Positions 20,101 to 28,392 of a DNA stretch of 64,000 nucleotides are shown here, piece by piece (positions within the stretch are counted from its first letter, which is position 1; every line of letters begins with the position of its first letter). The notes below the pieces were generated by a model. That model did not search any database, was not told the DNA's origin, and saw only the letters and a program-made list of their open reading frames with translations. The position numbers and the translations under genes were made by a program. The stretch covers positions 109,456-173,455 of the forward strand of contig JAHJQN010000007.1 in NCBI GenBank assembly GCA_018819225.1, given 5' to 3'. Source of the DNA: Candidatus Micrarchaeota archaeon (GTDB taxonomy: Archaea; Micrarchaeota; Micrarchaeia; Norongarragalinales; SBBD01).

Positions 20101-20760
20101 ATTCGCGCCGATGTTCTCGGAGTCGTCGGATCCATGTTCGTTCCCGCGAGCAATTACTTAATATCCGTTCAACCCTCTTCCGTAGCCCTTTCTTACGGTG
20201 GAACGCAGCTCTTCACCGCTTCTTGCATTGACGGCGGCGTGCCGTTCATGTGTCCTGGCTCCATTTCCTGGAGTCTGGAGAACGGTTTGGAAGGGAGCCT
20301 GACTCCATCTGGTTTTTACACGGCCCCCTTTACCGACTCCGTAGGAAACGTGCGCGCAACTATTGGCATTCTTTATGGGGAGGCATTAGTTTCCGTGCAA
20401 GAAAATGCGCCTGCGCCACAAGAGTTTGATCTCCTGACCTTGAATTGTCCCCGCTTGAGTTATACGGATTCATCGGAGGTGACGGTGCAATGCCTGCGGG
20501 GAGGCAAGGCATGCCAAGAAAGTGACGTGCAATTATCCGGCGCCCCCATTGTTTCGACTCAAGTGATCGGAAACGCGTTCATTTACCAGATCGAATCCGT
20601 TCAATCCGGTTCCATCCATTTACGGGTTTCAACGGACTTCCGCACGACTTCATGCACGATTACCCGCGCCGGTATTGAGCGGGGCTCGATACCCGAAATG
20701 CATGTCCTGTTCGTGGTGCTCGTGCTCTTCTCGGCATTCTCACTCATGCGTCGCCGCTAA
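17140..20760 (+). CDS. Giant surface protein: PQQ-type beta-propeller, Ig-like (Big_2), Cys-rich repeats, PKD-like domain, PEF-CTERM-like anchor
   Basis: Signal peptide; DTGAPLW/NNGALLW/NTGSVIW blades; SVSPPSATV..QFTA; CGAECDxDxDC-type motif x3; ends IPEMH-TM-RRR. Confidence 0.8.
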   Translation: MRWIIRKSVWRPILLLLLFLFSAVVIVQAEWTHRLSDETRDLSIPVSSAIDINSERWLRDVYRPYTLVERGDYFYGSGRPCPGGGVCHTYFTKHDKACGNIVWGSNPGNALYNVVSHSYDVVALGNRVYSVLGGQYPSIYYLVEMDESNGNLIANYELDNIVNYAGVYRLVTDGTRVYAFTSSGSGRVRVKAFNHNTKTFDWTIDFNIDDVNKGEVNSQPAIFQNQLVFVVDHHEGGVNTHHGPATLYSFNKDTGAPLWSQVLHNSAENAATVQIVVHNNKIFLDRRRSGYWDKLSSYNPLNNGALLWGPFDDLGTNLAAYNNLLYARIPGAQGVRALNANTGSVIWTNSGTDCDWGLVYLAGPNELICMHRHTATSVYLIRVDASDGDAIDTTGLIQYSSSTFVSNELFVFSPADPFLLFHYQNGLGSVGGSTPDITSISVSPPSATVPVFGTRQFTATCVTECGDTIECPALTWTSTIGSVDNTGLFTAGATTGVGVVRASYGGVFDEADITVVGLPVCSVCTVNGNCASGYCRETFEGGVKRCAPDATSCVIDQNNNCDYPDGYEMCFGNDYYRECGASGSGLWGAPNNCDDSVDYEGCDPGSENEDSHPGASCGWRARPGETCTSGMAGGCFPGSWGSCQNCGSFISQPSHDACYTTGLPFCDEGCGAECDEDSDCTNTERCYAANDIYQTRDASCSNSCACSYAPWENGACSESVAQCGAECDGDEDCDIYDDRCVGRYWRDYETSQGTCNTDPSECACTPPDYDQYCWVGHCGANCDENSDCTAYPDGTCSACGCRYPPDALAVVNSPGFQGLPVPIQGDGWAYGATVSQLTWSKQSGPGGSDCVFDAPALNLGSSHATAHGTVTCDQVGDYVLRLLVRDSNSQTDTDSAALSLTDPVGVWGTVQIVPPANTVYADNLIRSQTFEALCFDNDGNGMACPADPVWSLSGFGAGTTASISPQANPVFADFSHQSIDVSTASGTIRADVLGVVGSMFVPASNYLISVQPSSVALSYGGTQLFTASCIDGGVPFMCPGSISWSLENGLEGSLTPSGFYTAPFTDSVGNVRATIGILYGEALVSVQENAPAPQEFDLLTLNCPRLSYTDSSEVTVQCLRGGKACQESDVQLSGAPIVSTQVIGNAFIYQIESVQSGSIHLRVSTDFRTTSCTITRAGIERGSIPEMHVLFVVLVLFSAFSLMRRR

Positions 20761-20801
20761 CCCCTCTTCTTTATAACGTGTTTTCCCTTTATTCTTCCCT
20801 T

Positions 20802-21845
20802 ATGCGCGTCTTACGTTTCGAGGAAACGGAACTCAAGGGCGATATAGAGACCCTGGAGGATTTGTGGCTGCTTTCCCGCATCATTGAACGGGGCGATAAG
20901 CTGATCGGCACCTCGTTTCGACGCGTCAAAGCCCTGGATCTCCAGCGGGCAGACAGCGGGGAAAAGAAGCGCGTAAAACTGTTGCTTGAGATTGATCAAG
21001 TCGAGTATGCCGAGGCCTCCAATAAGTTACGCGTTACCGGAAAAATATTGGAAGCGTCGCCTCCCGAGTTCGCGCAGCAGGGCCAGTTCCATACCCTTGA
21101 TTTGGAGATTCATACTCGGTTCACGCTCATCAAGGCCTTCCAAATCTACCATAAAAAATTACTGGAGGAAGCGAGAAAAAAAGCGCGCGCGGCAAAGGCA
21201 CTCATCATTGCCATGGACGAGCATCATGCCCTATTCGCGACGCTTCAGCAGAATGGGCTTCGGTTCTTGTTCGAAATCGAGAATCAGGCGAGCAAGCGCG
21301 ATGCGAAAACGTTTTCAACAATGCAACAGCAATTTTTCGAAGAGGTTCTAGAGGCCGCCAAAAAACGGAAAGCGGAGCGCATGATTATCGCGGGCCCGGG
21401 GTTCACGAAAGACGAGTTCAAACGCTTCGCGCAGAACAAGGACCCGGTCATATCCAAGACCTTTTGGTTCGAGCACGCGAGCTCTGCTGAAAAAACCGCG
21501 GTATTCGAGCTACTCAAGAAAGGTTTGCTGCAGAAAGTCGTCTCCGGCCAGAAGATTCAAGACGAATTTCTTGCCCTCGAGCGCTTGAAGAAAAGTTTGG
21601 GAACCCTTGACGGATTCGCGGTCTACGGTATCGAGCCCGTGCGCGAAGCATTATCCGCCGGCGCCGTGGATACCCTCTTGATTGCGGATTCTCTCCTGCG
21701 GTCGGACAAATCATTCAATTCGCTTCTCGAGCAGTCCGAGAAATTAGGCGCCCGCATCTTAATCTTCAATTCAGAGGACGATGCGGGAAAAGAATTTGCG
21801 GCGTTTCAGTTGGCGGCATTGCTACGCTTCAAGCTGACCTACTAG
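20802..21845 (+). CDS. pelA: Pelota/Dom34 ribosome-rescue factor
   Basis: EDLWLL, LRVTGKI, GQFHTL, IAGPGFTK, YG..V..A...GAVDTLLI. Confidence 0.92.
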   Translation: MRVLRFEETELKGDIETLEDLWLLSRIIERGDKLIGTSFRRVKALDLQRADSGEKKRVKLLLEIDQVEYAEASNKLRVTGKILEASPPEFAQQGQFHTLDLEIHTRFTLIKAFQIYHKKLLEEARKKARAAKALIIAMDEHHALFATLQQNGLRFLFEIENQASKRDAKTFSTMQQQFFEEVLEAAKKRKAERMIIAGPGFTKDEFKRFAQNKDPVISKTFWFEHASSAEKTAVFELLKKGLLQKVVSGQKIQDEFLALERLKKSLGTLDGFAVYGIEPVREALSAGAVDTLLIADSLLRSDKSFNSLLEQSEKLGARILIFNSEDDAGKEFAAFQLAALLRFKLTY

Positions 21846-21857
21846 CCCTCCCCCTAC

Positions 21858-22049
21858 TCACGTGTAGCTGCTCGTGGTATCTGGTTTAAGCGCGTTATAC
21901 AATAACAACGCCACCACCACGAAAAACAGTCCGCCTGCCAGTTCTCCGGCGGATAACATGTACGTTCCTACTATGGCGAGGAGCACTGCAGGTGCATAAT
22001 CCGCACGAAATCCCGTGTGGACGTTTTCGTACTCGTATGTTCCTACCAT
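21858..22049 (-). CDS. Small two-TM membrane protein
   Basis: 63 aa hydrophobic ORF with a GGAGG upstream. Confidence 0.5.
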   Translation of the reverse strand: MVGTYEYENVHTGFRADYAPAVLLAIVGTYMLSAGELAGGLFFVVVALLLYNALKPDTTSSYT

Positions 22050-22295
22050 TCCAACCTGCCTCCTTTGGTGCACTCGTTAAATGAAACCAGGGGAGGAAGG
22101 AAATCAAAATTTTGGATATGCCTCCAATAAAGCTATTATTTCCTTGTGCCTCCCCTATTGGTTTCAACCCTTTCGGGCTTATTTGCCTTCCCATGAATAA
22201 GTACCTAAAAGAATAAAAGACTTTCGGTTTTTCCAACCAATACCCTAAAAAAAGAACAAATTGTTTATTAAGTAGTGGTTTAAGTGCTTATACTG

Positions 22296-23012
22296 CTAGA
22301 GTCGCTTCAAGTATTCCTGCGCTTCCTGATACAACGCAAACCGCTTTTCATCGCTCTTGAATGCCTGATGATGCACGCGTTTCCGGTTCCCGTATTCCAC
22401 GTCATGCTTCGCGTGCAAGAGTTCATGAAACAACAAGTATTCAATGAAATAGTGAGGGGTTCGTTCGTGATCAAAACGCTTGCTGACCACAATCGCATTG
22501 AACGCCGAATCATAAAACGCGAGTCTCCGCCTGCTTCGTGATCGACTCCAGTGCACCGTCGGTTTCAATGTCCCCTGAAACGTATACGGATACATAGTCC
22601 ATACGCGCTCGAGAAGCGTTTTGAGGTCCACATGCTTCCCCTTTTCATTCGCTTTCCGTTTTCTTCCCCGCGTTTTACGCAGCGAATCATGCAATCGCAT
22701 CGCCTCTTTACCGTCAAACATCTCCTGATACGCATCCGCAAATGGTTGAACCGCATCCGGAAGTTTCCTTCGCGTCACTTTCGAAGTCAATTCGAGCGCT
22801 AGCCCCAAGAGGGCTTCCGGCGATGCGGCCTTGAACCCATCACTGACTCTTGCGCTCAATATCCGGTTCCCGCGATCAATCCGAATAGTGCTCTTGAGTC
22901 CAGCGAACGGCACGAAATCCGCTTTTATGAGGTAGTTTTCCGATAGCTCAAGCAAGTGAGCCGCCGAATGGAACGCGACTAAAAGGTCTTGCGCATCCCG
23001 TTCATCCTCCAT
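22296..23012 (-). CDS. SprT/YgjP(DUF45)-like zinc metalloprotease
   Basis: YLLFHELLH HExxH motif followed by VHHQAF. Confidence 0.8.
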   Translation of the reverse strand: MEDERDAQDLLVAFHSAAHLLELSENYLIKADFVPFAGLKSTIRIDRGNRILSARVSDGFKAASPEALLGLALELTSKVTRRKLPDAVQPFADAYQEMFDGKEAMRLHDSLRKTRGRKRKANEKGKHVDLKTLLERVWTMYPYTFQGTLKPTVHWSRSRSRRRLAFYDSAFNAIVVSKRFDHERTPHYFIEYLLFHELLHAKHDVEYGNRKRVHHQAFKSDEKRFALYQEAQEYLKRL

Positions 23013-23016
23013 GGGT

Positions 23017-23616
23017 TTACACCCGGTTTTCCGCCACGTACTTTTTTATGGAATCCGCCTGCTCCTGGTTCATTTTCTTCTCTTCAACCAACCCGTCTAA
23101 CAAGCGAGTGAACGTCATGCACGCGTGCAGTTTCATGCCCTTTTCTCTTAATTGCGCGTCTCCCCCCTGCTCCCGGTCCAGAAACACGAGCACGTCCTCT
23201 ACCACGAGCCCCGATTTCCGCAATACACCCGCGGCCTCTATTTTGCTTTTAGCCGTTGTAATCAAATCATCGATTAACACGACGCGCTCTCCTTTCAGAT
23301 ACGGGCCCTCGAAAGGCTTTTTCGTTCCATACTCCTTCATTTCCTTTCGCGTGTACACCATGGGTTTCGAGGACTTCAAGGATAGCGCCGTGGCGAGCGG
23401 AATACCCGCGTACGCGATTCCTGCCACGCGATCGCAACGAATGTTCTTCATTTTTTCTGCCATTCGTTCCGCGACCCCGTTCATTAAAGCGGGGTGTCCG
23501 ACGACGAGCCGCAAGTCGATGTAAACAGGGGAATGCATACCGCTCTTCAACACGAAATCGCCGAACTGAATGACTCCGGCTTCAAACAATTTCACGACTA
23601 ACTGGCTATCGTTCAT
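23017..23616 (-). CDS. pyrE: Orotate phosphoribosyltransferase
   Basis: [42 protein letters not shown]. Confidence 0.93.
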   Translation of the reverse strand: MNDSQLVVKLFEAGVIQFGDFVLKSGMHSPVYIDLRLVVGHPALMNGVAERMAEKMKNIRCDRVAGIAYAGIPLATALSLKSSKPMVYTRKEMKEYGTKKPFEGPYLKGERVVLIDDLITTAKSKIEAAGVLRKSGLVVEDVLVFLDREQGGDAQLREKGMKLHACMTFTRLLDGLVEEKKMNQEQADSIKKYVAENRV

Positions 23617-24146
23617 TGGGCATCCGCCAACACGCCATTAAACATGGCTCGAATCGTCAACCGCAAGTCCGTACTGCGCATTTGATCCTCGTCGAATAAG
23701 AGGAAAACTCTATCCCGCTCCACTTTCACGCAGTTACACGGATCCAATTTGACCACGATGCGCTCGTTCTTGCAAAACGAGGTTTCTTCCACGCAGTTGA
23801 TCCACGCGTCCTCATCCGGTACCCCTTCAATGTGTCCATAACTTGCAATCCGACGCTCGTTGAGCGCGAACACGCCGGCTATTTCCGAGGCCAGCACGGT
23901 CACCACGCCGTTCTGCGGATTCGTGCCCGGCGTCATCTCCATTCGCATGACGATGGGGTCGCCCGCGAATAACTCCGGCAGGACGCTTCCCGGCGGTCTC
24001 CCGCTGACGATCGTCAATCCGTTAACGTGATACTCTTTCGGGTGAAGGAACTGCACGTAAAGAAAGCTGACCACGAATGCCAAAACGATAATAATCGCTA
24101 AATACGCGTTCTCCCACTTGTTTTCTTTATCCTTGACCATCTTCAC
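23613..24146 (-). CDS. Hypothetical membrane-anchored protein
   Basis: N-terminal TM and four Cys; stop overlaps the pyrE start. Confidence 0.7.
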   Translation of the reverse strand: MKMVKDKENKWENAYLAIIIVLAFVVSFLYVQFLHPKEYHVNGLTIVSGRPPGSVLPELFAGDPIVMRMEMTPGTNPQNGVVTVLASEIAGVFALNERRIASYGHIEGVPDEDAWINCVEETSFCKNERIVVKLDPCNCVKVERDRVFLLFDEDQMRSTDLRLTIRAMFNGVLADAQ

Positions 24147-24199
24147 TCGAGCAAGATAAGATAAATAAAACTTATAAACCCGGAGTCAATCACCTATTC

Positions 24200-24850
24200 G
24201 TGGATTTAAAAGAGCAGGCCGCAGCAGAAGCATTGAAGCACGTCCGAAACGGCATGATCCTCGGACTAGGGTCCGGATCCACTTCCGCAGCGTTCATACG
24301 ATTACTGGGTCAACGCGTTCGCGCACGAAAACTGCATATCCAAGGCGTTCCGACTTCGAAAGCGTCGGAGAAACTCGCTAAAAAAAATGGGATTCCGTTA
24401 TTGACGCTCGAGCAAGCGCGCCGTATCGATCTCGCTATTGACGGAGCCGACGCCGTTGACTCGAAACTCCGCCTCATCAAAGGCGGCGGAGGAGCGCATG
24501 CGCGCGAAAAAGTGATTGATTATGCTGCGAAACGCTTCATGGTCATCGTGGACGAAACCAAAATGCGTTCCTCGCTGGCCGGGTGGGTTCCGTTAGAGAT
24601 TCTTCCGTTTGCCCTTCCCGAAATTTCGCGCCTTTTTTCAAAGCAAGGCGTCCGATTGATAACGCGCGCAAGAAAATCGGATAACGGTAACGTGCTCGCG
24701 GACGCGTTCATTCGAAAGATCCCTAATCCGTCCGCACTTGAAATTTCGTTAAACCAGATTCCGGGCATGGTTGAAAATGGCATTTTCTCGAGAAACGTTT
24801 CTCAAGTTATTGTAGCGACCTCGACTGGAATTCGAATCCTGCGCCGGTGA
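24200..24850 (+). CDS. rpiA: Ribose-5-phosphate isomerase A
   Basis: GLGSGST, IDGAD, IKGGGGAHAREK, PGMVENG. Confidence 0.95.
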   Translation: MDLKEQAAAEALKHVRNGMILGLGSGSTSAAFIRLLGQRVRARKLHIQGVPTSKASEKLAKKNGIPLLTLEQARRIDLAIDGADAVDSKLRLIKGGGGAHAREKVIDYAAKRFMVIVDETKMRSSLAGWVPLEILPFALPEISRLFSKQGVRLITRARKSDNGNVLADAFIRKIPNPSALEISLNQIPGMVENGIFSRNVSQVIVATSTGIRILRR

Positions 24851-24855
24851 TACCC

Positions 24856-25026
24856 ATGGAACACTCCCAAAGCACGTTTGACACATTCATTTTGACGATT
24901 CTCGCGGTCTTTTTTCTTTTTGCCGTCTTGTTTTTAATTACGGATGGTCGCGTTATCGAAGTCCTTGGCGAATACGCGGGCGATTTAGGCGATTTCGTTT
25001 CCGCGATCGCGGACTTCTTCACTTAA
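24856..25026 (+). CDS. Small membrane protein (56 aa)
   Basis: Hand-translated MEHSQSTFDTFILTILAVFFLFAVLFLITDG...; GGTGA SD at the rpiA stop; TTAA stop overlap with the convergent gene. Confidence 0.6.
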   Translation: MEHSQSTFDTFILTILAVFFLFAVLFLITDGRVIEVLGEYAGDLGDFVSAIADFFT

Positions 25027-26201
25027 CCAATGATTTCGGATACCGTGCATTCGAACGGCGTGTTGTTGGCGAACGTATTGTTGGAACACGTCCCTTGATT
25101 CGTTTTGCACGTGGCTTCACAGGTTCCCGCCAGACCATTAAAGATGGCACACGTACCTGAAGAAGATAACGAATTATTGATGAACCGACTATCGTCGACG
25201 TCCGACAAGTACATGCCATACCCCGTAATGGCCTTAGAGGCATTATTAAAGTAGAAATGGCCTCGCGCAATGTCTTGCAGATAGATGGCCCGCGTCCCAA
25301 AAATGGAGACGTTGTTATAGGATACGTTCGCGTCGTCCGCGTCATTCCCCCAAATTCCGTACGTTCCTTGTCCCGTAATGGAATTGAACGTGATGCTGGC
25401 GTTCGATGAATCATCTTCAAAGTATATTCCCGCTGTTGTCGCGAATCCGTTCGTCACGTTATTTAGGGAAACGTTGATTTCTTCCGATTGCGTTATGAAT
25501 ATCCCGTAGGTATTCGCCAAAATCGCATTTTGGTGGATGTTCATGCGGGGTTCGTCTTCAATCCGCATGGCATACGCGTTGTCATCAAACCAGCTGTTCT
25601 CTACCGTATTGTTTTGCCCGTTCTTGAAGTACACGCCGTTTGCGAAGTTGATGATGAAACAGTTTCGTACGATGACGTTGTCGTTATTGAACGCTTCGAT
25701 GCCAGTCCCTTTACCTTCTCCGACAACCCAAAATCCATTGCAATCAATCGTCGTGTTGTCCTTCACATCCTTGAGACACGAGTTCTTTTCGGTCACATTA
25801 GCCGAGAGCAGGTAGTACCCTTCATGCGATAACGTCCCGCAACCCGTGACTTCTTTTGAGCATACGGCATTGCACGAAAGGCATCCGCTCACGTCGCATC
25901 CGTTTTCACAAATATCGACTAATTCTTCTCCGCTGGGGCATGACGCATTAAATCCGCACGCGCACGGCGTAGGCACGAGGGTGGGTGTGGTTAAGTTGTA
26001 TTCCAGTGACCGATCCGTGATGTTTTCAATATTCTGTATGCTTTCGTTCCCGTACGTCGCGACATTGCTCAATCCTTCCTGTAACAATTGAGAACGGGAA
26101 TACGAAAACACGATGATGAGGACGAGTATCGCTCCTCCCAATAGCAGCATGAATTCCGTAGCCGTTTGCGCCTTCCGACGTTTAAAAAAAATCTTGTTCA
26201 T
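25023..26201 (-). CDS. Class III signal peptide pilin-like protein with a NosD/parallel beta-helix domain
   Basis: RRKAQTATEFMLLL, short Cys-rich linker, repeated N-rich GI/GV..N..N coils. Confidence 0.8.
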   Translation of the reverse strand: MNKIFFKRRKAQTATEFMLLLGGAILVLIIVFSYSRSQLLQEGLSNVATYGNESIQNIENITDRSLEYNLTTPTLVPTPCACGFNASCPSGEELVDICENGCDVSGCLSCNAVCSKEVTGCGTLSHEGYYLLSANVTEKNSCLKDVKDNTTIDCNGFWVVGEGKGTGIEAFNNDNVIVRNCFIINFANGVYFKNGQNNTVENSWFDDNAYAMRIEDEPRMNIHQNAILANTYGIFITQSEEINVSLNNVTNGFATTAGIYFEDDSSNASITFNSITGQGTYGIWGNDADDANVSYNNVSIFGTRAIYLQDIARGHFYFNNASKAITGYGMYLSDVDDSRFINNSLSSSGTCAIFNGLAGTCEATCKTNQGTCSNNTFANNTPFECTVSEIIG

Positions 26202-26216
26202 GCGTTCCGCCGGTTG

Positions 26217-26390
26217 CTAGTCGAGCACGCCTTGCGTCACATTCCGAATTTCTTCCGAAGTGTTCGCGATGGAGTGTTGGGCGGGATTAAAGATGCGGTC
26301 TCGTGCCACGAGGTATACGAGCGTCACCAGAAAGATGACGGCTCCCACCAGCAACACGTATTCTACCGCGGTTTGCGCTTTCTGGTCCAT
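26217..26390 (-). CDS. Small type IV pilin (class III signal peptide), 57 aa
   Basis: Below the ORF cutoff; MDQKAQTAVEYVLLVGAVIFLVTLVYLVARDRIF... Confidence 0.8.
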   Translation of the reverse strand: MDQKAQTAVEYVLLVGAVIFLVTLVYLVARDRIFNPAQHSIANTSEEIRNVTQGVLD

Positions 26391-26592
26391 GCTTTCAGTA
26401 AGAAGGAATGCAATAATAAACTACCGACTTGCTTCGCACGCGTAGAAGACTGTAGAACATTCGTTTCGAACCCTCCAGCCATCTGAAAATGTCAATTTTG
26501 ACTCATTTGAACCGCGCGGAACCCTTTAACATCCTGAATCGTCGCATGGTTTTCGTCATGATCATCAATCTGCAGAACGACTTCGTTAGCCC

Positions 26593-26618
26593 GTTATTTC
26601 CTGTTATTGTTCGTTATT
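26593..26618. repeat. Three GTTATT direct repeats at exact 10-bp spacing
   Basis: GTTATT at 26593, 26603 and 26613. Confidence 0.6.
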
Positions 26619-26687
26619 TATTCTACGCCAAATTTACGTCGTTTGACGAATGAAAAGCCTTTTATTCGCCTTCCGTGTAGAAAAACA

Positions 26688-26792
26688 TGCGGATTCTGTG
26701 AAGGTGGGTTGAACTGGTCGCCCGTTTGGCTCTGAAAGGGGCCTCCTAATGTTCGTGAGGCGGCCTGTTCGTTGATAGCTCCAGTGTAACGC
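26688..26792 (+). ncRNA. Candidate structured non-coding RNA
   Basis: Own BRE/TATA (GAAAAGCCTTTTATT, 26652-66); helix 26711-22/26759-70; inner GGCUCU-GAAA-GGGGCC hairpin; ATG after the promoter opens only 4 codons. Confidence 0.35.
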
Positions 26793-26822
26793 TTATATGG
26801 CGCGCGCGCCTCTCAATTAACC

Positions 26823-27362
26823 ATGATCACGATTCTTCGTTTAGGTCATCGCATTGAACGCGATAAGCGCATTACGACGCATTGCGGTTTGGTGGCCCGC
26901 GCATTATTAGCCGACCGTTTTATTCTCTGCGGGGAAAAAGACGAATCCATTCTGGAGAGCCTGCGCTCGGTCACGAAGAAGTGGGGAGGAAAATTCAAGG
27001 TTTCTTACGAACCCAAGCCCCAATCGTTTCTAAAAAGGCAGAAACGCGCTCTGAAGATCCATTTAACGTTCTACGGCGAGGACTTCGAAAAGAAAATTCC
27101 TAAAATCAAGCCTCAATCGAAAGGCAAATCCGTTATCGTCATCATCGGTTCCGAGAAAGTCCCGACGGACGTCTATTACTTAGTGGATTACAACCTTTCG
27201 GTGACGCGGCAACCGCATTCCGAAGTCGCTGCGCTGGCGCTCTTTCTCGACCGCTGGAATCATGGACAGGAATTGTCGGAAGCGAAGCAAAAAAGGGCGT
27301 TCAAGAACGCGAAAGTGCAGATCGTACCGCAAGCCAAAGGCAAGCACGTGATTAAACGTTGA
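26823..27362 (+). CDS. trm56: tRNA (cytidine56-2'-O)-methyltransferase aTrm56
   Basis: LRLGHRIERDKRITTHCGLVARA, HLTFYG, GSEKVP, QPHSEVAALALFLD. Confidence 0.95.
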   Translation: MITILRLGHRIERDKRITTHCGLVARALLADRFILCGEKDESILESLRSVTKKWGGKFKVSYEPKPQSFLKRQKRALKIHLTFYGEDFEKKIPKIKPQSKGKSVIVIIGSEKVPTDVYYLVDYNLSVTRQPHSEVAALALFLDRWNHGQELSEAKQKRAFKNAKVQIVPQAKGKHVIKR

Positions 27363-27498
27363 CGGATTTGCTTCCTGTCTTGTAATACGCGTCGAACACG
27401 CGTTTTCCACTCCGACGCTCCCCTATTTTTCTGAAAAGCTGTTTTTCTAAAATGCGGCGCACTCTGGGGTTCAGTGTTTCGCCTGCCTTAATACGCTC

Positions 27499-27804
27499 TT
27501 AGCGCGCGTCCTTGTGCTTCTTGTTCGACTTTTTACCGCCGAGCAGTTCCACGAGTCCATCGACGCGGCGCTCGAACTCTTCCTTATCGAGTTTATGGTG
27601 CATGTTCTTATGCAGGTCCACGACTTCCCTGCGCATCAAGACGGCTTTTCCTTCTAATAACGATACTTTACTGTCAATCAGTTTTCCACGCTTCACAATC
27701 AACTTTTTCAAATCGTAAGCGACTTTGATCATCCAAACCAGTGACGCAATAACGACCACGAATACCAGCAGCGATACATCACTTAATCCCGCAATGATTG
27801 ACAT
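27499..27804 (-). CDS. Hypothetical TM + coiled-coil protein
   Basis: N-terminal TM, basic coiled coil. Confidence 0.65.
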   Translation of the reverse strand: MSIIAGLSDVSLLVFVVVIASLVWMIKVAYDLKKLIVKRGKLIDSKVSLLEGKAVLMRREVVDLHKNMHHKLDKEEFERRVDGLVELLGGKKSNKKHKDAR

Positions 27805-27820
27805 AGGCTATCATCCCCTC

Positions 27821-28117
27821 TCATTTATTCATGGCTATTGCGAACTCTTTTTCGTCCACGCCTAATTGCGACGCGGTTTCCAGCATGCGTCGATGTGCGT
27901 GTTCCGCGTGCACTTTCTGGGTATGACGCCGTCGTGCATGCGTCAAGTCTTGCGACACGTGCGAGAGAAATACGCCGACGTCGTCCATGCGCTTTTCAGC
28001 TCGTCGCATCTTCTTATCGGAATGCGAAGACATTTTCTTCAAGACATAGCTAAACAACAGAACGGATGCCACCAGGACGCCGCTTCCCGTCCAGATCACG
28101 AGGTTCGCTTCAACCAT
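27821..28117 (-). CDS. Hypothetical TM + coiled-coil protein
   Basis: Same architecture and similar GGGATGA SD as the downstream neighbour. Confidence 0.6.
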   Translation of the reverse strand: MVEANLVIWTGSGVLVASVLLFSYVLKKMSSHSDKKMRRAEKRMDDVGVFLSHVSQDLTHARRRHTQKVHAEHAHRRMLETASQLGVDEKEFAIAMNK

Positions 28118-28130
28118 GCCTTCATCCCTC

Positions 28131-28382
28131 TCACTCGAACACTTTTTCCTGTACGACATCCACATCAAAATCGCTGTTTTCAAGTTCGCCAGTCAGTTCG
28201 CCCAGTTCAGCGAGTTCTTGATTGATATTTTCCAAGTCCGCTTCTCCACCCGTTAAATCGACGTTCGGAGTCGCCGTAATTTGCTCCGTGGGAGCCGGCG
28301 TTGCCGTGGGCGTAGTCGTTGGCTGCTCCGTGCACCCCATGGCGAGTACGGCGATAAACATTATTGCAATGAGTTGCTTCAT
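28131..28382 (-). CDS. Small lipoprotein
   Basis: AMGC lipobox, Pro/Thr linker, acidic tail. Confidence 0.7.
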   Translation of the reverse strand: MKQLIAIMFIAVLAMGCTEQPTTTPTATPAPTEQITATPNVDLTGGEADLENINQELAELGELTGELENSDFDVDVVQEKVFE

Positions 28383-28392
28383 TTCCAATCAC

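Noticed and set aside
21895-22236. 113-aa minus-strand ORF
   Set aside because: Overlaps a better small membrane ORF, starts in AT-rich promoter-like DNA and has no motif.
26688-26792. 5S rRNA, SRP RNA, tRNA or a clear C/D box sRNA
   Set aside because: Lacks their conserved motifs; only degenerate C/D-like words are present.
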